Shown: positions 46,512-56,207 of the stretch, in pieces
How the letters are laid out: every line of letters starts with the position of its first letter
Numbering within the stretch: position 1 is the first letter of the stretch
Source of the DNA: an uncultured Dehalococcoidia bacterium
GTDB lineage: Bacteria > Chloroflexota > Dehalococcoidia > GIF9 > UBA5629
Assembly: GCA_937975645.1 (NCBI GenBank)
Contig: CALJTV010000009.1
Location: forward strand, 24,850-88,849
Direction of reading: 5' to 3'
Length of the DNA stretch: 64,000 bases
Notes under the pieces: generated by a model
The model's database searches: none
What the model saw: only the letters and a program-made list of their open reading frames with translations
What the model was told of the DNA's origin: nothing
Made by a program: the position numbers and the translations under genes

Positions 46512-46799
46512 ATGGCATATTATGAACTTGTGATTATACTCAGCCCTGAGTTGGCGGATGACGGGGTGCATGGATTTATAGATAGGCTTAAAGGGCTAGT
46601 TAGTAGTGTTGGTGGGAGCGTAGAGGAGACGGTTGAATGGGGAAAACGGAGACTAGCTTATCCGATAAAGCGGCGTACCGAGGCTAATTATGTGCTTGCT
46701 AAGGTTAACCTTCAGCCATCGTTGACCAAGGAGTTGGAAAATAGTCTCAGGTTAAGGGAAGAGGTTTTGCGCCATCTGCTGGTGAAAGTCGATAAGTAG
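46512..46799 (+). CDS. rpsF: 30S ribosomal protein S6
   Basis: YEL..IL.P, WGKRRLAYPI, VLRHL. Confidence 0.95.
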   Translation: MAYYELVIILSPELADDGVHGFIDRLKGLVSSVGGSVEETVEWGKRRLAYPIKRRTEANYVLAKVNLQPSLTKELENSLRLREEVLRHLLVKVDK

Positions 46800-46812
46800 C
46801 CTGGGGGTTGGG

Positions 46813-47223
46813 ATGGTAAGTCTAAACAAGATCATATTGATAGGTAATGTAGGTACTGATCCTGAGATGCGTTTTACACCGAGTGGCAATCCTGTTACCT
46901 CATTTCGCCTGGCGACCAACCGTGTCTATACTACTGCCGACGGCGAAAGGAAGCAGGAGACTGAGTGGTTTACTATTGTCACTTGGCGAAAGCAGGCTGA
47001 AAGCTGTAACCAGTTTCTTACCAAAGGACAACGGGTATACGTGGAGGGTAGCTTGCGGACCCGTGCCTGGGAGGGTCGAGATGGGCAAAGGCGGGTGACT
47101 GCTGAAGTTATAGCCAGCAGGGTTTTGTTTCTAGATAGACAGACTGTTGCATCTCTTCCCGGGGATGAGCTGCCGAATGATATGATTAGCGAAGAGGTTG
47201 AGCCGGAAGACCTGCCTTTTTGA
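46813..47223 (+). CDS. ssb: Single-stranded DNA-binding protein
   Basis: NKIILIGN..DPE.R, VYVEGSL, acidic DLPF tail. Confidence 0.97.
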   Translation: MVSLNKIILIGNVGTDPEMRFTPSGNPVTSFRLATNRVYTTADGERKQETEWFTIVTWRKQAESCNQFLTKGQRVYVEGSLRTRAWEGRDGQRRVTAEVIASRVLFLDRQTVASLPGDELPNDMISEEVEPEDLPF

Positions 47224-47250
47224 ACTGCTAGTGGAAAGCGAGGCTGAATA

Positions 47251-47541
47251 ATGAGTGAAACAGAAGGCGCAGTTAAGGAAGTAAAAGAGAAGGGAAGGCG
47301 TTTTGTTTTTAAGCCAAAGGTCTGCCCCTTTTGTAGGGAAAAGGTTGAAATAGATTATAAAGATATTTCCAGATTACAACGTTATATCTCCAACAGGGCA
47401 AAGATTGAGGGACGCCGGCGGACTGGGGCTTGTGCCAAGCACCAGCGAAAGTTGGCTCTGGCGATAAAGAGGGCTCGTTTTTTGGCTTTATTACCCTATA
47501 CTCCAGAACATCTTCGCCCGAGCGATATCTCGGAAGGGTAA
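47251..47541 (+). CDS. rpsR: 30S ribosomal protein S18 (Zn-binding C+ type)
   Basis: [30 protein letters not shown]. Confidence 0.96.
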   Translation: MSETEGAVKEVKEKGRRFVFKPKVCPFCREKVEIDYKDISRLQRYISNRAKIEGRRRTGACAKHQRKLALAIKRARFLALLPYTPEHLRPSDISEG

Positions 47542-47558
47542 CAGACAAGTGGTTTATT

Positions 47559-47699
47559 ATGCCTAAGAGGACATATCAGCCTAAAAGGATGGCGAGGAAA
47601 CGCAAGCATGGTTTCCGGGCGAGGATATCTGCCCGTGGTGGGCGACGGGTTTTAAAAGCGCGGCGTCTTAAGGGAAGGTGGGAACTTACTCCTGTCTAA
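47559..47699 (+). CDS. rpmH: 50S ribosomal protein L34
   Basis: MPKRTYQP...RKHGFRAR...GRRVL.ARR.KGR; lies inside track ORF 47430..47699. Confidence 0.96.
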   Translation: MPKRTYQPKRMARKRKHGFRARISARGGRRVLKARRLKGRWELTPV

Positions 47700-47703
47700 C
47701 ACT

Positions 47704-48063
47704 ATGCGAGGACTGGGGGCTCTGAAGACCAGAGCCCAATATTCTTTAATATATAGTTCGGGTAGGACCTGGGTAAATGACCTCGTGGTAATGAAGGCTT
47801 TACCTAACCAACTTGGTGCTACCAGGCTGGGGTTCTCGGTAGGCAAGAAGATTGGCAATGCAGTGGTGCGCAACAGGGTACGCCGCCTGATGAAAGAGAG
47901 TGTGCGTACGTTACATATAAAGCCTGGGTGGGATATAGTGTTTATCGCCCGGACAGGAGCAACTAGTGCTGATTATCACAAGCTGAAGGAAGCGATCGGC
48001 GGGATTTTGAAGGAAGCCCGGTTAGTGGACGAGAATGAGACAGCTAGCGTTATGGCTGATTAG
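47704..48063 (+). CDS. rnpA: Ribonuclease P protein component
   Basis: [21 protein letters not shown]. Confidence 0.96.
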   Translation: MRGLGALKTRAQYSLIYSSGRTWVNDLVVMKALPNQLGATRLGFSVGKKIGNAVVRNRVRRLMKESVRTLHIKPGWDIVFIARTGATSADYHKLKEAIGGILKEARLVDENETASVMAD

Positions 48064-48244
48064 GTTCTATCAGCTGACAATATCGCGGGTCACCCCATCT
48101 TTTTGCCGTTTTGTTCCCACCTGCTCCCAGTATGCCTATGAGGCTATATGGAAGTATGGCTTGGTCAAAGGTGCCTGGTTTGCTGTAAAGCGTATATCGC
48201 GTTGCCACCCTTGGTCAGAGGGTGGCTATGACCCTGTGCCCTGA
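48035..48244 (+). CDS. yidD: Membrane protein insertion efficiency factor
   Basis: [24 protein letters not shown]. Confidence 0.95.
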   Translation: MRQLALWLIRFYQLTISRVTPSFCRFVPTCSQYAYEAIWKYGLVKGAWFAVKRISRCHPWSEGGYDPVP

Positions 48245-48278
48245 TGGGCGCTTTAATTTATGCTTGGGTGTACTGTTG

Positions 48279-49490
48279 ATGTTTAGTCTTTCAAATCTTC
48301 CAAAACTGATCAGAATGGTGATCCTACTGGTTGTTGTCCCAGTAATAGTGTCTGTCGCTGGCTGTGCCAGTCCAGAGTGGCAAGGTTGGTCTGGCGTTGC
48401 TTATTATGAAGGGACCCTTTTTGTCGGTTCTACAGATGGTAAACTGTTGGCAATGAACCCGTCTGCGCGCAGCGGGGATCTGTCATTTCCCGCTGCTGAT
48501 GAATGGGTATTTCCGATTCCCACTTTCGGGTTGGCAAGGCCGGTTTGTGGGCCTGCTTGTGCTTCACCATCACCGGTGGTTAATATCTACGCTACACCGC
48601 GGATAGCAGACGACCTGGTCTATATCGCTACTTACTCCGGTGAGAGTGGCAGAATATTAGCAGTTAACAGGGTTGCTCCCGGCTATACCGAAGGTGCACC
48701 CATGAGATCTAAAGGAGAGTGGGTCTATCCCAGTGTTCTGGAGTCGATAGGTGCTATCGTGGGCAGCCCAGTGCTGTACGATGGTATGCTGTTCTTTGGT
48801 AGTTCTGATGGTAAAGTTTATGCCCTAGATGCTACATACGGTGAGAAAAAATGGGTATATGACACCGGTGGGAAAATATGGACATCACCAGCAATTGCAG
48901 ATAGCGTATTATACGTCAGCAATTACGAGCGTAGGCTTTGTGCCCTATCTATCCAGGACGGCACGTTGCTGTGGCAGAAGGAGTTCCCCGCCTCAATTGC
49001 CTCATCGCCAGTGGTCTCGAATGGCAAGTTGTTTTTTGGCACATTTGACCACTATTTCTATGCTCTGGATGCAACAAGTGGCGATGTGAAGTGGAGGTTC
49101 AAAGGAGGAGGTTGGTTCTGGGCCACGCCGGTCGTTAAAGACGGAGTTGTCTACGCGGGTTGCCTGAACGGGAAGGTCTACGCTCTGAAGGCTGACACAG
49201 ATGTAGTTGCGGGTGAGAAGTTGTGGGAGTTCTCTGCTGATGCCCCGATAATAGCTGGCCCTGTTTTGACTGCTGGCGGGCTTGCAGTAGCTTCGAAATC
49301 GGGGAAAATATATGTGCTTAGAGTTGAAGATGGTGATCTAGTTAGAACCGTCGCTATTGGTTCTCAAATCGTAGCACCTTTGTGTGCGGTTGGAGACATG
49401 ATTTATATACATGCCAGAGACAGGTGTATCTATGGTGTCAACATAGAGCTGGGTGAAGTGGTCTGGAAATTCTCAACGCTTATCAAGTAG
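48279..49490 (+). CDS. PQQ-like beta-propeller repeat lipoprotein (BamB-like)
   Basis: Lipobox VAGC; repeated SP.....G.......GS.DG..YALDA..G...W motifs; start uncertain. Confidence 0.85.
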   Translation: MFSLSNLPKLIRMVILLVVVPVIVSVAGCASPEWQGWSGVAYYEGTLFVGSTDGKLLAMNPSARSGDLSFPAADEWVFPIPTFGLARPVCGPACASPSPVVNIYATPRIADDLVYIATYSGESGRILAVNRVAPGYTEGAPMRSKGEWVYPSVLESIGAIVGSPVLYDGMLFFGSSDGKVYALDATYGEKKWVYDTGGKIWTSPAIADSVLYVSNYERRLCALSIQDGTLLWQKEFPASIASSPVVSNGKLFFGTFDHYFYALDATSGDVKWRFKGGGWFWATPVVKDGVVYAGCLNGKVYALKADTDVVAGEKLWEFSADAPIIAGPVLTAGGLAVASKSGKIYVLRVEDGDLVRTVAIGSQIVAPLCAVGDMIYIHARDRCIYGVNIELGEVVWKFSTLIK

Positions 49491-49498
49491 GATCAGTC

Positions 49499-50359
49499 AT
49501 GGCTGAGTTATGGAATACTTTAATCCTCGAGCCAATATTAAATAGCCTGATTGCGTTATGTTCTATTCTAGGTGGCAATTTCGGGTTAGCCATCATTGTT
49601 TTCACTGTAGTCGTCCGTATGGCATTGTTGCCGCTTACTCTGCGCCAGACTAGGTCGACAAAGGCAATGCAGGAATTGCAACCCAAGCTTCAGGAGCTGC
49701 AGAAAAAATATGCTAAAGACCAGCAGAAGTTGCAGCAAGAAATGGTAAAGCTATATCGGGAAGCTGGTGTAAATCCCCTGGGTTGCTTGTGGCCATTGCT
49801 TATTCAGCTTCCTATTTGGATCGCCTTATATCAATCAATAATGCAGGCGCTGGCAGCCACTCCGGAGAATCTATTGAACCTCGCTCAGCACCTTTATTCC
49901 TGGGAACCGATAGTGCGTGCTATACCCCTAGACGAAAAATTCCTGTGGCTTCGGCTGTCCAAGCCCGATCCTAATCTGATACTGGCCTTGCTTGTGGGGG
50001 CGACAATGTGGGTACAGCAGAAAATGGTGACACCGCCTGCTGCCGACCCCCGCCAGCAGTCTGTGAACAGTATGACGCTAATGATGATGCCCCTGATGTT
50101 TGCTCTTTTCACCCTTTCTTTCCCTAGCGGGCTAGCATTGTACTGGGTGGTCTCGAACGTGGTGGGGATAGTCATCCAGTATTTTATTGGTGGGGGTTGG
50201 GGCTACTTGCGCAGGTCGTCTCTTAGTGATAAGCCAGTCCCAAGCCGTGATGTCACTGTGACGAAGTCACCATCGAAAGTGCTGAAGAAGGGGACTGAAG
50301 AATCTAAAGTTGTGAGCAAAGCAACTGAAACCAGAAAAAAGGGGTTCTTTCAGAGATGA
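49499..50359 (+). CDS. yidC: Membrane protein insertase YidC (short monoderm type)
   Basis: GLAII.FT..VR..L.PL, LQPKL, GCL.PLLIQLPI, PSGLALYW. Confidence 0.95.
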   Translation: MAELWNTLILEPILNSLIALCSILGGNFGLAIIVFTVVVRMALLPLTLRQTRSTKAMQELQPKLQELQKKYAKDQQKLQQEMVKLYREAGVNPLGCLWPLLIQLPIWIALYQSIMQALAATPENLLNLAQHLYSWEPIVRAIPLDEKFLWLRLSKPDPNLILALLVGATMWVQQKMVTPPAADPRQQSVNSMTLMMMPLMFALFTLSFPSGLALYWVVSNVVGIVIQYFIGGGWGYLRRSSLSDKPVPSRDVTVTKSPSKVLKKGTEESKVVSKATETRKKGFFQR

Positions 50360-51003
50360 AAGAGCTAGAGGTTGGTGGTAGAACCGTTGAGGAAGCTGTT
50401 CGCAAGGCATTGGAGCAACTAGGAGTTGGGGAGGATGAAGTTGAGGTCATTGTTCTGAAAAAGGGTAGAGCTGGTCTTTTAGGCGTTGGCGCAGAAGAGG
50501 CTAGGGTAAAGGTTAAGTTGCTGCGACAACAACCTGAACGGGTAGATATATCCACTCTCGCTAGAGACGTCCTGACCAGTCTTCTTAAGTACATGGATAT
50601 AAAAGCGGAAGTTACTGTGGTATCTCCGGCTGGTGGTGATTTGCCCATAAGCCTCGATATTGACGGTGACGACCTTGGTGTATTGATAGGGCGTCGAGGT
50701 CAGACGCTCGCCAGCTTACAATATCTAGTCAGGCTTATTGTTTCTGAGAAACTCAAAATCTGGGTGCCAATCAATGTTGACGTCGCTGGCTATAAAAAGC
50801 GCCGCTATGAGTCGCTGCGTAGTCTGGCTCTTCGTTTGGCTGAGCAGGTAAAACGGGGACGGCGAGTTATAACCTTGGAGCCAATGCCTGCAGATGAACG
50901 GCGTGTGATCCATCTTGCTCTCGCTAATCATCCTGATGTCACCACCCAGAGCATGGGTGAGGGTGAAGAACGAAAGGTGGCTATTTTCCCGAAGAAGCGC
51001 TGA
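50356..51003 (+). CDS. jag: Jag/EloR (KhpB) RNA-binding protein
   Basis: GRTVEEAV Jag_N, LIGRRGQTL KH, ERRVIH R3H. Confidence 0.94.
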   Translation: MKELEVGGRTVEEAVRKALEQLGVGEDEVEVIVLKKGRAGLLGVGAEEARVKVKLLRQQPERVDISTLARDVLTSLLKYMDIKAEVTVVSPAGGDLPISLDIDGDDLGVLIGRRGQTLASLQYLVRLIVSEKLKIWVPINVDVAGYKKRRYESLRSLALRLAEQVKRGRRVITLEPMPADERRVIHLALANHPDVTTQSMGEGEERKVAIFPKKR

Positions 51004-51005
51004 AG

Positions 51006-54000
51006 ATGTTCCGCCCAGTAAGTAGCAAAGCAAACTTCGCACAACTGGAAAGTAGCATCCTCGGGTTCTGGCGGGACCGCCAAATTTTTGAAAAAAGCCT
51101 ACTTATCAGAGAAGGCTGCCCTCAGTTTACCTTGTATGAGGGGCCACCGACTGCCAACGGTAGACCGGGAATTCATCATGTACTGTCCCGCGTGTTCAAA
51201 GATGTCATTCCTAGATACAAGACGATGAAGGGTTACTATGCGCCCCGCAAGGGTGGGTGGGATACCCACGGTCTGCCTGTGGAGCTGGAGGTGGAAAAAG
51301 CCCTTGGCTTTACCAGTAAAGCGCAGATTGAAGATTTTGGTGTGGCGGAGTTCAACAAGCTCTGTCGTGAAAGTGTGTTCAGCTATATTGATGACTGGGA
51401 GGCTCTCACTGAGCGCATTGGCTTCTGGCTCGACCTGAAGAATGCTTATAAAACCCTTGACAATGGCTATATTGAGTCCTGCTGGTGGGCGTTGAAGCAA
51501 CTGTGGGACAAGGGTCTAATCTACCAGGGGTACAGGGTGACCCCACATTGTCCTAGATGCGGCACCTCTTTGAGCTCGCATGAGGTGGCACTGGGCTACA
51601 GGGACGATGCCGATGACCCCTCTGTTTACATAAAGTTTAGACTCATTCGTGGCTCGAAAGTCTGCGGTAAAGGGCTACCCTCCCAGTTGAGTGATATCCC
51701 CGCAGACAAGCCTGTCTTTTTCCTTGTCTGGACAACGACACCATGGACACTGCCAGGCAACACTGCTTTGGCTGTGGCTTCGGGTGCCAAATACGGTCTA
51801 TTTAGCAACGGGACTGAATATCTCATTGTGGCTGAAGCTCTGGCACCCAAAGTCGGGCTTGAGGGGTATGAAATGAAGGGAAGCGTTTCAGGCGCTGAGC
51901 TTGTAGGGCTGTATTATGAGCCTCTTTTTAACCCACACCATTTTGGCGTGGAGAGGCGGCGCTTTAATGTTCAAGGTGCTGAAGAGTCTTTCTCGTATGA
52001 AATACTCAGTCTGCAGCAGGTGGAGGGGGACCTGGCATACTGGGTGATCTCCGGTGATTTTGTGTCTTTAGATGAAGGTACAGGGATAGTCCATATTGCC
52101 CCGGCGTTTGGAGAGGTCGATTTTGAAGCTGGTAAGGAAAACGGGCTGGACTTTGTACAACCGGTGGATCTTGATGGGCGTGTCACAGGCACGTACCCGT
52201 TTTCGGGTAAGTTTGTTAAAGAGGCTGACCCTCTGGTGCTCGAGAACCTCAAGTCGCGCCATCTGCTTTATCGCAGCGAGCGCATAGTACATACCTATCC
52301 ATTCTGCTGGCGGTGCGAGTCGCCTCTCCTTTACTATGCCAAAAGGAGCTGGTATATCAGGACCTCGGCAAGGAAGACTGCTCTGATTGAAAGGAATGAA
52401 GAGATCAACTGGTACCCCGAATATATAAAGCACGGGCGTTTCGGTAACTGGCTGGAAAGTAACGTAGACTGGGCATTTTCACGCGAGCGCTACTGGGGGA
52501 CACCGCTGAATATCTGGAGTTGTGAGAGCTGCGGAAAGTATGAATGTATTGGCAGCGTTGCTGAACTCCAAGGTAAGCCAGGTATAAACGGAATCACAGA
52601 GCCGCTGGATTTACACCGTCCCTATGTTGACAACATCACTTTTTCCTGCAGCCAGTGCAGTGGTAGGATGAGTAGGCTGAACGAGGTTATCGATTGCTGG
52701 TTTGACTCCGGAGCCATGCCTTTTGCTCAGTGGCACTATCCTTTTGAAAACCAAGATATCTTCGCACGAAGTTTTCCAGCTGACTATATCTGTGAAGCGG
52801 TTGACCAGACGCGAGGATGGTTTTATAGTCTGCACGCAATATCCACTTTGCTTTTCGACCGACCCAGTTTTAGGAATGTCATCTGTTTGGGACATATTCT
52901 CGATGCACAGGGAGAGAAGATGAGCAAGGCCAAGGGCAACGTGGTCGACCCTTGGTCTGTGCTCAATAGCTATAGCGCTGATGCCTTGCGCTGGTATTTG
53001 TTCACGTCGTCTCCCCCCGGCAACGTTCGCCGGTTTTCCAGCGATGCGGTGGCTGAGGTGCTGCGCAATTTTTTGCTTACTCTGTGGAACACATACTCTT
53101 TCTTCATCATGTATGCCAACATAGACCGCTTTGACCCGACAGCAAGGTCAGAGGTGTCGTTGTCTGACTTAGACAGGTGGATACTATCCCGACTCAACCA
53201 GCTAATTGCCGAGGTCGACACTGCTTTAGATCACTATGACCCCACAACTGCTGCCCGGAAGATCGAAGTTTTCGTCGACGAGCTTTCTAATTGGTATGTA
53301 AGGCGGAGCAGACGTCGCTTTTGGAAGAGCCAGAATGATGCTGATAAACAGGCTGCTTATACGACCCTATATCGGTGTTTGACTACTTTGTGCAAACTGC
53401 TGGCTCCGTTTGTCCCCTTTGTCGCCGAGGAAATATATCAGAACTTGGTGCGGTCTGTTGATCATGAGGCACCGGAAAGCGTGCACTTGACCGACTTTCC
53501 TGTGGCGCAGGCCACTGAGATCGAAGAAGACCTGATCGAAGCCACTCGTCTCGCTATGCTTATTTGCAGCTTGGGGCGTGCTGCCAGAGCCAAGGCTGGG
53601 ATAAAGGTGCGGCAGCCGCTTGCCAAGGTGGTAGTTGGCGTGAGCTCGGAAGCTGATAGGAAACGCATAACAAAATTGTGCAGCCAGATTCTCGATGAGT
53701 TGAACGTCAAGGAATTGGAGTTTTCCTCTCAGGCGGAAACCTTCAGAGATAGGGACGACTTCTCTTTGGCGGCAGAAGGGGACTATTGGGTTGCGGTGGC
53801 TACTCAGCTCTCCCCTGAGCTGGAGGCTGAAGGTATGGCTAGGGAGGTGGTACGGCGCCTACAGACAATGCGACGCTCGGCTGGGTTCGAGGTCACCGAT
53901 TCCATAGTTGTGTACTATCAGGGCGACGATTTTGTTCAGGATGTGGTGAACAGGTTTGCTCAGTATATTAAACAGGAAACGCTTTCCAAGAGACTGGTTA

Positions 54001-54089
54001 AAGATATGCCACCTCTTGACAGCTATAGGGAAAGACACCGCATTTCTGGGCATGAAGTTCTCCTCGGCATAGCACGCCACACGCAATAA
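51006..54089 (+). CDS. ileS: Isoleucyl-tRNA synthetase, type 2
   Basis: GPPTANG.PGIHH, GWDTHGLP, WTTTPWTL, GTGIVH, SRERYWGTP, KMSKA.GN; 1027 aa with IleRS2-type C-terminus. Confidence 0.96.
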   Translation: MFRPVSSKANFAQLESSILGFWRDRQIFEKSLLIREGCPQFTLYEGPPTANGRPGIHHVLSRVFKDVIPRYKTMKGYYAPRKGGWDTHGLPVELEVEKALGFTSKAQIEDFGVAEFNKLCRESVFSYIDDWEALTERIGFWLDLKNAYKTLDNGYIESCWWALKQLWDKGLIYQGYRVTPHCPRCGTSLSSHEVALGYRDDADDPSVYIKFRLIRGSKVCGKGLPSQLSDIPADKPVFFLVWTTTPWTLPGNTALAVASGAKYGLFSNGTEYLIVAEALAPKVGLEGYEMKGSVSGAELVGLYYEPLFNPHHFGVERRRFNVQGAEESFSYEILSLQQVEGDLAYWVISGDFVSLDEGTGIVHIAPAFGEVDFEAGKENGLDFVQPVDLDGRVTGTYPFSGKFVKEADPLVLENLKSRHLLYRSERIVHTYPFCWRCESPLLYYAKRSWYIRTSARKTALIERNEEINWYPEYIKHGRFGNWLESNVDWAFSRERYWGTPLNIWSCESCGKYECIGSVAELQGKPGINGITEPLDLHRPYVDNITFSCSQCSGRMSRLNEVIDCWFDSGAMPFAQWHYPFENQDIFARSFPADYICEAVDQTRGWFYSLHAISTLLFDRPSFRNVICLGHILDAQGEKMSKAKGNVVDPWSVLNSYSADALRWYLFTSSPPGNVRRFSSDAVAEVLRNFLLTLWNTYSFFIMYANIDRFDPTARSEVSLSDLDRWILSRLNQLIAEVDTALDHYDPTTAARKIEVFVDELSNWYVRRSRRRFWKSQNDADKQAAYTTLYRCLTTLCKLLAPFVPFVAEEIYQNLVRSVDHEAPESVHLTDFPVAQATEIEEDLIEATRLAMLICSLGRAARAKAGIKVRQPLAKVVVGVSSEADRKRITKLCSQILDELNVKELEFSSQAETFRDRDDFSLAAEGDYWVAVATQLSPELEAEGMAREVVRRLQTMRRSAGFEVTDSIVVYYQGDDFVQDVVNRFAQYIKQETLSKRLVKDMPPLDSYRERHRISGHEVLLGIARHTQ

Positions 54090-54098
54090 CCACGTGGT

Positions 54099-55253
54099 CT
54101 AACGTCTGGTGGGTGGGCTCTGGGCTAAACGGGCATGCACAGTCTGTCTTTCGTTGCCTCTGACAAAGGTTATTTCAACATCCTCGCCGACTTTCGACGA
54201 ACGTATTGCTTCGACAACTTCCTGGGCTGTGACTACATCTTTGCCTTTAAAACGGATGATGACATCAAGCTGGCGCAGTCCCGCCTTTTCAGCTGGACTA
54301 CCGGGCGCTACGTATGTGATAACTACTCCTTTGTCCACCGGCAATCGGTTTGCCATGGCAATATAGCGGTCTACTGTATACAGACTCACCCCGAGCCAAG
54401 GGCGAATAACGTACCCTTGCCTGATAAGCTGTTCAATTATGGGCATAGCAGCATTGGTGCTTATGGCATAGCCCATGCCCTCCACGCCGACTCCAGATAT
54501 CTTGGCACTGGTGATCCCTACTACTTCTCCTTTCATGTTGACCAGGGGACCACCGCTATTGCCAGGATTAATGGCTGCGGAGGTCTCTATAAGGTCGTCA
54601 AGCGTTTGCCCTCGGTCGACCTCTAGAGAGACCTTCAGCCCACTAACTGTCCCCTCTTTGGCTCTTATTCCTTTTCCCAGCGGGTTGCCAATGGCTACCA
54701 CCCAATCACCCACCCGGAGTTTTGTGGAATCGCCCACGGTGGCTACAGGCAAGTTGGAGGCATTGATCTTGACCACTGCCAGATCGGTAAGTGGATCTGT
54801 GTATATGTTGCTCGGGTCTGTTTCAAAAATCCTGCCATCATACAGTTCTACGGTGACCTTCTTAGCCCCCTCAACCACGTGGTTGTTGGTGACGATGATA
54901 CCGTTGCTGTCTATTATCCATCCTGAGCCAGCGCCTGATTGGCTCCGTGGTGTCAGAAATATGTCTAAGGTTACGACCTCAGTGGTTATAGCTACCACTG
55001 AAGGGTAGACTTTTTCTACCACATCGGCGATGCTCGGCAGTGCTGGCGATTCCTCCCTTGGTCGCGGCAATGACCAAGATGGGTTCAGCCCTCTTCCAAC
55101 CACTTCGTACTCTGCCTCTGGCGTTTGTGGCTGGGATGGTGCTGGTAAGGAAGGGACTGGTGAAAGACAACTCCATAAGCTGGCTAGAAGGCACAAAGCC
55201 ACCAGCGCTAGAGCGCAGTGTTTTATCTTAACGAAAATATAATACTGCTGCAT
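54099..55253 (-). CDS. htrA: HtrA/DegP-family serine protease with PDZ domain (lipoprotein)
   Basis: GSG, TNNHVV, DLAV, AAINPGNSGGPL, C-terminal PDZ. Confidence 0.93.
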   Translation of the reverse strand: MQQYYIFVKIKHCALALVALCLLASLWSCLSPVPSLPAPSQPQTPEAEYEVVGRGLNPSWSLPRPREESPALPSIADVVEKVYPSVVAITTEVVTLDIFLTPRSQSGAGSGWIIDSNGIIVTNNHVVEGAKKVTVELYDGRIFETDPSNIYTDPLTDLAVVKINASNLPVATVGDSTKLRVGDWVVAIGNPLGKGIRAKEGTVSGLKVSLEVDRGQTLDDLIETSAAINPGNSGGPLVNMKGEVVGITSAKISGVGVEGMGYAISTNAAMPIIEQLIRQGYVIRPWLGVSLYTVDRYIAMANRLPVDKGVVITYVAPGSPAEKAGLRQLDVIIRFKGKDVVTAQEVVEAIRSSKVGEDVEITFVRGNERQTVHARLAQSPPTRR

Positions 55254-55436
55254 ATCAGGTCATTAGCTCCTTAACGCAAAATTTTATCATAAAAGCTGGA
55301 GATGCCAAAGCTCTGATTGGGATCAATTTGCCTTCGGGTTGTGGAGTTGCTGTTTACCGTCAGCGATTGAAATATAATAGTCTGAGGTAAGGTCGCTTTC
55401 AGAGACTCTGCCCTTTGGTCTCTCCTGTGAGGGCTG

Positions 55437-56207
55437 CTACTTCCCTTTGAACGCAGGCCTCCTTTTTTCTATGGCTGCCCTGCATCCCTCCTCGAAGTCC
55501 TCTGTGGTTAGCAGAGAATCGTTCAATTGCCTCTCTAAGGCAATGCCATCTTCCAAAGTAACCTCTATGCCTTGCAGGATGGCTTGTTTAGCTGCGCGTA
55601 CCGCTAGAGGGGCTGGCTTGCATAGCAGCTCCGCCAGTTGTCTGGCTGCAGACATCAACTGTGGTAGGGGCACAACCCGGTTGACCAACCCCACGCGATA
55701 AGCCTCCTGAGCGTTGATGGGACGACCTGTGAGCAGCATCTCTTCTGCTTTAGCTAACGGGATAGCTCTAGGTAGTCTTTGTGTCCCTCCCCAGCCCGGT
55801 ATCAGCCCGAGTGTCACCTCCGGCATACCAAAGGTGGCATTTTCGGAGGCTATGCGCAGGTCACAGGCAAGAGCCAGTTCCAGTCCTCCACCGAGGCAAG
55901 CGCCATTTATAGCGGCGATCAGTGGTTTCCATGTGGTTAGCCCGCACATTATGGTTGGCGGTTCCGGTAGTTTTTGTACCCTTGCCTTTTTCATCTCAGG
56001 TAGCATCGTTTCTATATCAGCCCCGATGGAAAAAGCTTTTTCTCCCGCCCCGGTAATGATGCCGACCATAAGCTGCTCGTCGTCCCTAAAGTCCACGAAT
56101 GCTTCACTTAGCTGGCGGAGCATCTCCGGAGTAATCGCATTCAACGCTTCGGGGCGATTCAAAATGATGGTGGCGATTTTACCTTCCTTTACATAATCAA
56201 TGCCCAC
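55437..56207 (-). CDS. Enoyl-CoA hydratase/isomerase (crotonase family)
   Basis: LNRPEALNA, FSIGADI, GGGLELALACD, PEVTLG.IPGWGGTQ; GTG start after GGAGG overlaps the fabD end. Confidence 0.9.
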   Translation of the reverse strand: MGIDYVKEGKIATIILNRPEALNAITPEMLRQLSEAFVDFRDDEQLMVGIITGAGEKAFSIGADIETMLPEMKKARVQKLPEPPTIMCGLTTWKPLIAAINGACLGGGLELALACDLRIASENATFGMPEVTLGLIPGWGGTQRLPRAIPLAKAEEMLLTGRPINAQEAYRVGLVNRVVPLPQLMSAARQLAELLCKPAPLAVRAAKQAILQGIEVTLEDGIALERQLNDSLLTTEDFEEGCRAAIEKRRPAFKGK

